Shown: piece by piece, positions 1-8,534 of the stretch | Layout of the letters: each line of letters begins with the position of its first letter | Numbering within the stretch: position 1 is the first letter of the stretch | Assembly (NCBI GenBank): GCA_965222155.1 | Contig: CBDCTH010000012.1 | Span: 608,001 to 672,000 of the forward strand | Length of the DNA stretch: 64,000 nt | Source: Gammaproteobacteria bacterium | GTDB lineage: Bacteria > Pseudomonadota > Gammaproteobacteria > Eutrophobiales > Eutrophobiaceae | Direction of reading: 5' to 3' | Notes under the pieces: generated by a model | Seen by the model: only the letters and a program-made list of their open reading frames with translations | Database searches by the model: none | Told to the model about the DNA's origin: nothing | Position numbers and translations under genes: made by a program

Positions 1-205
1 ACAGCGCATCAGGAGAGTAATGCCGTCAAACAGGGATGGAGATGTTACGACCTCGATTTTGATAGCAAAAAGGGGGGTTTAAGGAGAAATAACAGGCGTA
101 TATGGCACATAAACTGAACTGGAACAAATAGTTAGGCAGGTCCGACCCTATCCTGGTATCCTGGCATAGTCCTGCCGGGAACGATGATAGGTTATAAGAA
201 CTCAT

Positions 206-298
206 TGGCGGAGGTGGATGGGAATCGAACCCACCACTCGCGTGTCGCAAGTCACTGGTTTTGAAGACCAGGGAAGTCACCAGACTTCATTCACCTCC
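206..298 (-). tRNA. selC: tRNA-Sec (anticodon UCA)
   Basis: Reverse complement GGAGGTGAATG...CTGGT-CTTCAAA-ACCAG...GGTTCGATTCCCATCCACCTCCGCCA: UCA anticodon, long variable arm, CCA end, directly downstream of selB. Confidence 0.97.
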
Positions 299-326
299 AA
301 TTCACCCGGGAGATATATTTTAGGTG

Positions 327-2279
327 CTACTGGCCGGATGACCTGTATCCGGGGTTCAGTTTGCGCTTGTCGCCGATGCGGATGGTCACGCGCGTGCTGT
401 CCAGGTATTCCAGTAACGGTATAGCAAACTTTCTTGAAGTATCCACGAGTTTTCGCATCTCCGCCACGGTAAATGCAGTGGAGTGGGGGTAGGCCCGTTC
501 CAGGTTGCGCACCATCTCGTCGATGCACTGGCGGTGGAAAACCAGCACGCGGTTCAGGCCTTTGCTATATATCGGTACGAGTTCACCAGTTTCCGTCAGG
601 AACTGGTACAGGCGTTTCCTGTGCGGATTGCCTTGCAGTATTTTATTGAGTTCCGGCGGTTTCAAGCCGCCTGATTTAAACACACCGGCGATATCTTCGG
701 CGATCTTTTTCTGTTTTGCATCCAGTGTATTCAATGGGTCGAAATCCTTGAGCCGTATGACGTCATTGTCCACCTGGACAAAACCGTGCTCACTCAGGTG
801 TTCAATCAGTGACCTGAAAACCATGTCGTCAATGCTCCCTTCCAGGCGTGAGCGGAGCTGTGCCAGGGGTTGTCCTTTCCGGATCGGGTTTGCCCCATGA
901 AATCGCTCGATCTCGGACAACACCTGTCCGCATAAGGCATCGAATATCGTCCTTGATAACAACCACTTCGCACCTACACTGACAACCTTTGTTTCATCCA
1001 GAGTGTGAGTCAACTCATCCCTTGCCAGATTCACGGACCTGGACAGGTCCATCATCTCTATTCCCCGTGTCCCTCTTGCCTGGATCAACTCATGTATGAC
1101 GTCTGCCGTGTTCCCGCTTGCCAGCCTGGATAAGCGCGCCACGGCGTGTTGGTCCGAGCGCCGGTGTTTTGTCGGGTTGTTGTCCAGGATGCGCCCGCCG
1201 CCGATAGTCATCACGGGAGACATGCTGCGGACGATAAAACGTTCTCCCACCGGCGCGACAACGTCGCACGCGCAATCAAGCTGGGCAGCAAACGCCGATC
1301 CCGGTTCCACCTGCCCGCCCCCCAAGATACGCAACACCGCTGATACTTCGCAGGTTCCGAACAGGACGCGAATCTTCTCACCGTACCTGGGTAACGGCCC
1401 GGTCCGCTTAAGTAACTGCAACTCCACATCCAGAAGCCGCGCGGGGTTCAGGTATCCCGGAGAAGCCAGAACATCGCCTCTGGCTATCCGGGTTCTGTCA
1501 ACGTTGCGCAGGTTTACCGCGACCCGCTGTCCCGGATACGCGATCTCTTCAGCCTTGTTGTGGACTTGTATTTGACGAATATGGGCCTGGCGGCCGTGCG
1601 GCATGAGCGCGACCTCCTGGCCGTTTGACAGCGTGCCGTTCCTCAAGGTGCCGGTTGCGACGGTGCCGAAACCGGGCATGGTAAACACCCGGTCCAGCGG
1701 CAGGTAACAGTGTCCGATATCTTTTCTCCCGGCGGGATTGAGCAACTGCTTTTCCAGCAGCATCATCAAATTGTTGATGCTGTCCCCATCGCTTATGGAC
1801 GTCTCGGTGATTTGCGCGCCTTCCATGAATGTGCCTGCCGTGAAGTCCCTTATTTCGTCCCTGACCCGGTCACAGTCGGCGCGAGTGACCAGGTCGGACT
1901 TGGTAATCACCACCAGGCCCTTTTCAAGGCCCAGGAGACCCGAGATGTTGAAATGTTCCTGCGTTTGCGGTTTGATCCCCTCATTCGCCGCCACCGTGAG
2001 CAACAGGTAATCTATTCCGGTCGCGCCGGATATCATCATGCGGATGAAATCCTCATGACCGGGGACGTCTATGAAATCGATGACACCGCCTTCCGACTCA
2101 AGGTAGGCGAATCCAGGCACGATCGACAACCCTCTTTCCTTTTCCTCCTTGAGGCGGTCTGTTTCCATGCCGGTAAGGGCCCTGACCAGGCTGGTTTTGC
2201 CGTGATCAACGTGCCCCAGTACACCTATCGTAAGATGTGCGGGTCTATCCGTTGTTTTGTTGGGCCTGGAACCGGCCAT
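327..2279 (-). CDS. selB: Selenocysteine-specific translation elongation factor SelB
   Basis: GHVDHGKT, DVPGHE and TKSD GTPase motifs; C-terminal SRKFAIPLLEYLD winged-helix motif; adjacent to tRNA-Sec. Confidence 0.97.
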   Translation of the reverse strand: MAGSRPNKTTDRPAHLTIGVLGHVDHGKTSLVRALTGMETDRLKEEKERGLSIVPGFAYLESEGGVIDFIDVPGHEDFIRMMISGATGIDYLLLTVAANEGIKPQTQEHFNISGLLGLEKGLVVITKSDLVTRADCDRVRDEIRDFTAGTFMEGAQITETSISDGDSINNLMMLLEKQLLNPAGRKDIGHCYLPLDRVFTMPGFGTVATGTLRNGTLSNGQEVALMPHGRQAHIRQIQVHNKAEEIAYPGQRVAVNLRNVDRTRIARGDVLASPGYLNPARLLDVELQLLKRTGPLPRYGEKIRVLFGTCEVSAVLRILGGGQVEPGSAFAAQLDCACDVVAPVGERFIVRSMSPVMTIGGGRILDNNPTKHRRSDQHAVARLSRLASGNTADVIHELIQARGTRGIEMMDLSRSVNLARDELTHTLDETKVVSVGAKWLLSRTIFDALCGQVLSEIERFHGANPIRKGQPLAQLRSRLEGSIDDMVFRSLIEHLSEHGFVQVDNDVIRLKDFDPLNTLDAKQKKIAEDIAGVFKSGGLKPPELNKILQGNPHRKRLYQFLTETGELVPIYSKGLNRVLVFHRQCIDEMVRNLERAYPHSTAFTVAEMRKLVDTSRKFAIPLLEYLDSTRVTIRIGDKRKLNPGYRSSGQ

Positions 2280-2294
2280 AGCCCGGGGACAGGT

Positions 2295-2657
2295 TCAGGC
2301 CCGGCCTGTGGCCGGGTCTGCAGTCACTATCTCACCGACCATGAGTTCCGGGTCTGCTTCGGTATATTTCGGCCAGTCCTCAGCAAGCTGCCTGCGCGCA
2401 TCTTCAACCGCGAACAGGCTTGTCATGGCGTCCACTTCCTCCCTCCTGTTGAAATACAGGGTGCAGATACAGTGATACGGCGCATTGCCGTCTTTACCGT
2501 CTGAGGTAATATGCTGGTCGACCTCGATCTTCAGTGGTGAAATACCGCGATACTCACGCAGGAGGCGGATGCCCAGGGGCAAATGCACGTCGTAGTAATG
2601 CTGCCAGTCAAACGTCGAACCGGGTTTGTTCGGGTAAACAATTCTCACACTGTACAT
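2295..2657 (-). CDS. EthD family protein
   Basis: MYSVRIVYP...FDWQHYYDVHLPL and the C-terminal DWPKYT pattern fit EthD. Start moved to ATG 2657 because the upstream ORF extension lies in a repeat. Confidence 0.8.
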   Translation of the reverse strand: MYSVRIVYPNKPGSTFDWQHYYDVHLPLGIRLLREYRGISPLKIEVDQHITSDGKDGNAPYHCICTLYFNRREEVDAMTSLFAVEDARRQLAEDWPKYTEADPELMVGEIVTADPATGRA

Positions 2658-2681
2658 GGTTGTTTTCCTGGTTATTTTATT

Positions 2682-2881
2682 GCCACAGAGGACACAGAGA
2701 TCACAGAGTTTGATCCCTGCTGATCCTGCCCAACTCGCCATTCCCGCGCAAGCCGGAATCCAATGAAGCAAGGTACCGCTTTCACTGGCAGGTTACTGAC
2801 TGGATTCCCGCTTGCACGGAAATGGCAGGGGGGACGCCGAAATGAAGATATGAACCTCATATACTCTGTGCCCTCTGTGGC
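2682..2881. repeat. Nested palindromic repeat (outer GCCACAGAG/CTCTGTGGC arms, inner REP-like ATTCCCGC..GGAATCCA/TGGATTCCCGC pair)
   Basis: Inverted arms gccacagaggacacagag and ctctgtgccctctgtggc, with TATT on both sides. A related arm occurs near 46709-46732. Confidence 0.65.
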
Positions 2882-4089
2882 TATTGGGTTGCCTCGCGCA
2901 TGGCTTCCAGGCAGGCGTCGACGGTGTAATGAAAATTCCTCAATGCCAGTTCCTCGTCCTGGAAATGGAAGTATTCCTTGGCGCCGGATTTCAATACCTG
3001 TTGCACCTTCTCATGGGTGACGGTGTCTTCCATCAGGGTATCGCGCAGACCGACCTTGTTGTATTCCTGGCAGAACAACTCCCCGGCATTACGCGGTGGA
3101 ACAGTATTTACCCCGATCTCCCAGATGGTGCGATCGACGGCAAGCGGCCATACGTTGTACATCCAATAGCTGTCCCGCATCAGGCCCATAATCACGTTGG
3201 GAAAGATGAAATACAGGTTCATAGCGCCTTTCAGGTGATATTTTTTCGTATCGGTTCGGCGCGGCTCCGTAAAGGCAAACGCATCGTAGGCGCCAATCCC
3301 GTATTTCAGGCTCACCTGACCCGTCGGGGTAGGATTAAACACTGGAGGAGGTTCCGTGCCCACGAGCCCATGGGGACCCAGGACTTCCAATATACTGTGG
3401 CGTAATAACATACCGGCGGCAGAAGTGGACCGAGCCAGACTGTTTTTGTGCAGGAATGGCACGTGCCAGCCTTCCAGTTGTGCGTCCAGCAACACCTTCC
3501 AGTTGACTTTTTCATCCACGCTGTACCATTCGCGCCGGGTCAATTCAGCGAACGGGTAATCCTTGAGGGATGTGGTGACCGGCTCCAGGTAGTCTTCCAG
3601 TGATTGCTCATCCATGGGCTTGAGGCGGATGAAGATGAAGCCGTTCCATACGTCCGCCTGGATTTCCGTCATATCCAGGTTGGCATCCGGGCCGGTGAAA
3701 AAGTTTTCCTTGTCGGTCATGTTGATCAGCTTGCCCCGGGTATCGAAGGCCCAGCCGTGGAACGGACAGACGAAGGCGCCCCGGCACTTGCCACGCTTTT
3801 GCCAGACCACCTGGTTGGCGCGGTGTGAACACATGTTGTGGAAGGAGCGGATGACGTTGTCACGCCCGCGCACCACCAGTACCGAGGTATAGCACACCTC
3901 GATATCCCTGACGAAGTAATCACCCGCTTCGGGGATCAGTTCAACCCGTCCTACGTTCAGCCAGGAGCGGCGGAATACCGCCTCCCGCTCCGCCTTGAAT
4001 ACGTCAGGGTCGATACATGGCTGGATGGGGAGCGGATCCGTTCCCAGCTCGGGGTATTTTACCGTATGTGTTTTATGGGTCAGTTCCAC
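2881..4089 (-). CDS. Rieske aromatic ring-hydroxylating oxygenase alpha subunit
   Basis: Rieske CSH...CPFHGW motif and mononuclear iron motif EGWHVPFLH. Confidence 0.92.
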   Translation of the reverse strand: MELTHKTHTVKYPELGTDPLPIQPCIDPDVFKAEREAVFRRSWLNVGRVELIPEAGDYFVRDIEVCYTSVLVVRGRDNVIRSFHNMCSHRANQVVWQKRGKCRGAFVCPFHGWAFDTRGKLINMTDKENFFTGPDANLDMTEIQADVWNGFIFIRLKPMDEQSLEDYLEPVTTSLKDYPFAELTRREWYSVDEKVNWKVLLDAQLEGWHVPFLHKNSLARSTSAAGMLLRHSILEVLGPHGLVGTEPPPVFNPTPTGQVSLKYGIGAYDAFAFTEPRRTDTKKYHLKGAMNLYFIFPNVIMGLMRDSYWMYNVWPLAVDRTIWEIGVNTVPPRNAGELFCQEYNKVGLRDTLMEDTVTHEKVQQVLKSGAKEYFHFQDEELALRNFHYTVDACLEAMREATQ

Positions 4090-4124
4090 GGGCAGTCACT
4101 TCGTTCAATGACTGGAGTACATGC

Positions 4125-4475
4125 TCATGGACACGGTGAAGGGACCGAAGTCGCTTCACCGGGAACGAAACGGCGCATGTCCAGACCGAAAGGGTGATCC
4201 GGCCGCTTGTACAATTCCACAGCAACCCATACCTCGGCCAGCGACAGGGTCATATTCAGCAGGCGTTGCTCGGGTTCAGGCATCTGATCCAGGGGAAAAC
4301 CGTTCAGGTGGCCAAGCGCCTCTTCGATACGTGCCAGCATGGCGGAATAAAACGCCTGGATTTCTTCCATGGAAGAGGCGAGACGTTTTTGCAGGCGTTC
4401 GGTTTCGCCGAACAGCGCCCAATCGGCAAAAGGTTCCAGGTCAGTGAAACCGGAGGGTAACAGGCAATCATTCAC
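4125..4475 (-). CDS. Conserved hypothetical protein associated with Rieske oxygenase clusters
   Basis: LPSGFTDLEPFADWAL..ETERLQKRLASSMEEIQAFY resembles small proteins seen beside Rieske genes; co-oriented in the operon. Confidence 0.7.
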   Translation of the reverse strand: MNDCLLPSGFTDLEPFADWALFGETERLQKRLASSMEEIQAFYSAMLARIEEALGHLNGFPLDQMPEPEQRLLNMTLSLAEVWVAVELYKRPDHPFGLDMRRFVPGEATSVPSPCP

Positions 4476-4570
4476 ACCGATATTATTCTATGAAATTGTG
4501 GTCCTCCTGATTATACTGTCTGCAAATTCTCTTGGGAAGCTTGGGCCACTAATGAGGAACTGATAGAACC

Positions 4571-6877
4571 ATGATCCCGGCATGCATCACCAAGGTAGAC
4601 ATTGCGCAAGCCATGCGGCGCATCAAGCGTAATGGAGTTCCTCTGGGAAGACAGGGCCGGAATTACTGCTTGGTGGCAAATGGTGGACATTTGCCTCCGA
4701 AGTACACGATTTCCCTAGCGCATGAGATCGCCACGGGCGAGGCATTGAATTCGAACCGGTTCTCCGGGGGTGCGGAGTCCAATAACTTCCTCCGGCGCTG
4801 CGGCTTCAAGGTTGTCGAGTGCGTTTGCGGCGGTAGCGATCAGGTTGCCAGCCGCGCCGCATCCGTATCTGTATCCGGTTCGTCAGAAAGGGCAAGAACT
4901 ACATCAACGCGTCACTCCGAGCGGTGTCCGGAATGCAAGCAACGGGTTCGTGAACTTCTGGAGCGCATCTACGGGAGGTGCCTGCCGAACCCCGGATTTG
5001 GCTGGCGAACCGACCTCGCCCCTTATGCGAAAACCTCGATTGGTACTGCCCTGCAGGACGTGGCCACAATGCTGCAGACGTATCGGGGGTTCGGTATCAG
5101 TGACTTTGTACGAAACAAAACGCTGGCGGGCTGCGATTTCTGGGTCCCCGACCCCGACTTCATCGTCGAGTTCGACGAGAGTCAGCATTTCACGAGTGCG
5201 CGGAAGCTCGCGCTTTCCGTGTACGCGGACGATAAGCCCCTAGGGTTCTCCGCGAAGCGCTGGATCACACTATGCGAGAAGCACAATGCGAAGGACAATG
5301 ACCCCCCCTTCCGCGACGAGCAACGCGCCTGGTACGATACGTTGCGAGACCTCGTTCCGTCAATCAAGGGTTTGCGTCCGACAGTGAGGCTCTATGCTCG
5401 TGACCGGGTCTGGTGCTCACTCGACCCGGACAGCGAGGAGGATCAAAAACGTTTCTCAGACCTGATGCATCAGGGGCGTCCTCCGTCCGGTCAAACAACT
5501 GCAGCCATCCGCTCCTCCGCTGATCGGCCAACATCAATCCTTCGAGTGGCGATGGTGTTTCCTCCAGTGGAACAGAGGTCGAAGAACGGTGTTCCACCCA
5601 GTGGAGCGGAGGCTCACAGACCAAAGGTGCCTTCGAGGAAACAATTCGCTGACGAATCCGTCGATTTTGTACTGTTTCCCGAAGGGTATATACGCGCGTC
5701 CGACGTCAAACGCAAAAGGTTATTGCAGAAGCTCGCTTCCGATTTAGACGCGCCGTTATTGGTAGGTGCAACCGACAACAGTGTTGACCCGGACAGTTGC
5801 CGCAACTGGCAGGTTCTTCTTCGCTTTGAACCCGGTGGCTCCTGTCCGTGCCGCGTATATGTAAAACACTCTACTGCGGAAGCGGTTGCCTTTGGGATGC
5901 CGGAATGGGAACCGCATGTCAGGCTCCCAACCTTTGAATTGGGTGGCGTAAGAGCTGGGGCAACAATTTGTCACGACCACTACCTGGGATTGCTTCCACG
6001 CTTTCTTGGCAAGAACGGAGCGCGGGTATGGGTGAATCCAAGTTTTGACAATGTAGTGGATATCAAGTGGTCATCGGTTCTACGGTTAAGGGCGGTGGAG
6101 AACCGTTTCTTCGCACTATGCACATTACACTGCGACGTGACGAAGAGGAAGAGGAAGAGGCCGAGAACTCACCCTTTCGCGTTCTCTCCTGACGGCAGCG
6201 AACTATCGGCTAGACAGGCGGGTTCTGAAGACGTACAACCTTTGTCAGAATGCCACAAGCCCGGCATCTACATCATCGAACTCGATATGGCGGCGGTGGA
6301 CGAACCGCTCGACTGGTCGAAGCTCCCAAACGCTGAAAAACAGAAGTGCACCCGGAAGGAAAGCGAAGATAGCAAACTCGTACGCGTCAAATTGAAGGGC
6401 AGACGGCCGACCGTGTTCGGATGCTCGGGCTGGAAGAGTGGCGATACCGGCTCGTGCGTCGAGACCGATCACGGTCCGGTCTACGTGGGGGTGGTACCGG
6501 GAGAGCGGATTCTGGATGCGGCCGAGTGCTTTAATGTGCTCTATCAAGCGAGAAAGATGAAATGTACGCCAATCATCTGGAATCACTGGGAGCAGCTTCC
6601 GGCCGATTCGGCGAAGCTGGCAACGCTCATGATGGGAAGGGCGATTGAGTGCTGCGCGCCAATCGTCATTTCTGACCGAGGTGGGATATGTGAGTTGGTC
6701 GAGTTATCGAATAAAAACAAGATCCCCGCTCGGAGAAAGATGGAGGAGTCTGGGGAAGCGATAGCGGATATCAGATATGCATGGGGATTGAAATCTGCGT
6801 TCAATATGGTGGAGGAAAATATTCGCCCCGGAAACAAGAAGCGAGAAGCATTGAAGCGCTATCGGAGCCTTGGCTAG
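4571..6877 (+). CDS. Multidomain protein: restriction-associated N-terminal head domain + putative nuclease + carbon-nitrogen hydrolase (nitrilase) domain
   Basis: N-terminal PPKYTISLA..FSGGAESNNFLRRCGF; central DFWVP..IVEFDESQHF; nitrilase triad LFPEG / YVKHS / ICHD plus RAVEN. Confidence 0.75.
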   Translation: MIPACITKVDIAQAMRRIKRNGVPLGRQGRNYCLVANGGHLPPKYTISLAHEIATGEALNSNRFSGGAESNNFLRRCGFKVVECVCGGSDQVASRAASVSVSGSSERARTTSTRHSERCPECKQRVRELLERIYGRCLPNPGFGWRTDLAPYAKTSIGTALQDVATMLQTYRGFGISDFVRNKTLAGCDFWVPDPDFIVEFDESQHFTSARKLALSVYADDKPLGFSAKRWITLCEKHNAKDNDPPFRDEQRAWYDTLRDLVPSIKGLRPTVRLYARDRVWCSLDPDSEEDQKRFSDLMHQGRPPSGQTTAAIRSSADRPTSILRVAMVFPPVEQRSKNGVPPSGAEAHRPKVPSRKQFADESVDFVLFPEGYIRASDVKRKRLLQKLASDLDAPLLVGATDNSVDPDSCRNWQVLLRFEPGGSCPCRVYVKHSTAEAVAFGMPEWEPHVRLPTFELGGVRAGATICHDHYLGLLPRFLGKNGARVWVNPSFDNVVDIKWSSVLRLRAVENRFFALCTLHCDVTKRKRKRPRTHPFAFSPDGSELSARQAGSEDVQPLSECHKPGIYIIELDMAAVDEPLDWSKLPNAEKQKCTRKESEDSKLVRVKLKGRRPTVFGCSGWKSGDTGSCVETDHGPVYVGVVPGERILDAAECFNVLYQARKMKCTPIIWNHWEQLPADSAKLATLMMGRAIECCAPIVISDRGGICELVELSNKNKIPARRKMEESGEAIADIRYAWGLKSAFNMVEENIRPGNKKREALKRYRSLG

Positions 6878-7007
6878 TGTGGGTTTCTATCGTGATATAT
6901 TTGACTCTTTTGAGAAGGAACGTTCGCCCTGCAAACTATTATGATCATTGAACGTCCCGGAGGTTTTGGGTTGACATGTCCCGGTTAGGCGGGGGACTGA
7001 TTGAACA

Positions 7008-7598
7008 ATGAGGAAAGTATTTTTCAGTTTTGATTGGGATGACGTTTTGCGCGTCCATCAAGTCCGTAACAGTTTGGCTACAAAAGGTAACTATAAGACA
7101 GCCGGCCTTCCAGACGTTGCGGAGATAGAGAAGACCAGGAAACAATCGAATAAAGAAATCCGAAAATGGATAGATGAGCAATTGACAGGGACGTCTGTCA
7201 CCTGTGTTCTTATCGGTAACAGGACAAATAAAAGCAAGTGGGTCAAGTACGAGATAGAAAAGAGTATTAAAAAAAGGAATGGACTTTTAGGAGTTCTTAT
7301 TCACGAGTTAAAGGACATAAATAGTTGTATGGATGGAATAGCAGAGCACCCTTTTAAAGGTTACAATCAGACTGATTGCGCCGCGTTAGTTAAAAACGCC
7401 CTGCTTGGAAGAGGCGCGGGATGGGGTCTTTCAAAGCTTCTATTCCCTCAACTTTCTATTGGGTTAGCTGTTTTTGGAACTGCTCTTGCTATGCTGGGGC
7501 CAAAAGACGATTACAGAATTTATGATTGGGTTGAAGATAATGGGGATGCTAACTTGGGGAACTGGATAGAAGAAGCTGCGAAGCAAGTGGGCAGCTAA
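7008..7598 (+). CDS. TIR domain protein (MTH538/DUF1863, ThsB-like)
   Basis: RKVFFSF, TSVTCVLIG, WVKYEIEKS (catalytic Glu), NGLLGVLIH and C-terminal YDWV..NLGNWIEEAA. Confidence 0.88.
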   Translation: MRKVFFSFDWDDVLRVHQVRNSLATKGNYKTAGLPDVAEIEKTRKQSNKEIRKWIDEQLTGTSVTCVLIGNRTNKSKWVKYEIEKSIKKRNGLLGVLIHELKDINSCMDGIAEHPFKGYNQTDCAALVKNALLGRGAGWGLSKLLFPQLSIGLAVFGTALAMLGPKDDYRIYDWVEDNGDANLGNWIEEAAKQVGS

Positions 7599-7652
7599 GG
7601 AACGTTGTGTTAAAAGGACGGACTACCGCTGACAGCATAAGGGACCACATCT

Positions 7653-8301
7653 ATGCAAAACCTGTACATATTTGTAGATGAAAGCGGAAACTTTGATTTC
7701 TCCGAAAAAGGGACACGTTTTTTAACTCTGACTTGCATAATAACAGAGCGCCCCCTTTGGATTTTACAAGGAGCTGCACGAGGCAAGATATGATTTAATT
7801 GAGTATGGCATTCCTGTTGAAGCTTTTCACTGTGCAGGGGACAACAAACATATCAGGGCCAGAATTTTTCAACTTATCCAGAATTATCAAATAAAATTTG
7901 GAATCAACAGCCTGATTGTTGAGAAGAACAAGATTGGGCTTTCGCTTCAGAAACCGGAAACGTTCTACACAAAGTTGCTGGGGTATCTTATAGGGCATGT
8001 CTTCAATGACTACCCGTGTAGACAAGCCAGTAAAATTGTTATTGTCACAGATACCATCCCGATACAAAGGAAGCGTAAGGCAACAGAAAAATCAATAAAG
8101 GTGACCCTGGCGCAAATGTTGCCCAAAGATACGAGGCTCACAATTTTACACCATACAGCCAAGGCTCATTATGGACTACAGGTTGCAGACTATTGCAGTT
8201 GGAGTATTTTCAGAAAATAGGAGTATGGAGATGAAGAAAGCTACAAATTAATCAAACCAGCTATACAAAGCGAATTTGAAGTCTTCCTTGCCGGAATGTG
8301 A
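7653..8301 (+). pseudogene. DUF3800 family protein, disrupted by a frameshift in the C-run near 7751-7755 and an in-frame TAG at 8218-8220
   Basis: Starts MQNLYIFVDESGNFDF and continues in a shifted frame through FHCAGD to GLQVADYCSWSIFRK*EYGDEESYKLIK. DESG and LQxAD are DUF3800 hallmarks. Confidence 0.82.
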
Positions 8302-8324
8302 GATGGTGTTAAGAAACGAAGGGA

Positions 8325-8394
8325 ACGACCTCCCCGACTACTCCATTTCTGGAGAGGTCCCCTTGGGCTCTTATCATCGGGGAGGAACCTTTGT
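8325..8394 (+). ncRNA. Putative DUF3800-associated structured RNA
   Basis: Outer stem CCTCCCCGA (8329-8337)/TCGGGGAGG (8377-8385) encloses a CTCCA-TTTC-TGGAG hairpin and a second short stem, directly 3' of the DUF3800 gene. Confidence 0.6.
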
Positions 8395-8534
8395 ATTAAT
8401 TATAGGATAAAAAAGTAAAAAATACTATAAAAAAACGACATAAAAATATCAGGGAAGGGAAACCGGTATGTCTGCATCTAATCAGGGATTTCTCCATAAT
8501 ACTATCCGTATTTTCTGTGAAGGAATAAAAAAAC

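Noticed and set aside
1-298. Integrative element at tRNA-Sec or tRNA-Met
   Set aside because: No integrase or duplicated tRNA 3' end was seen; sequence beyond the left edge cannot be assessed.
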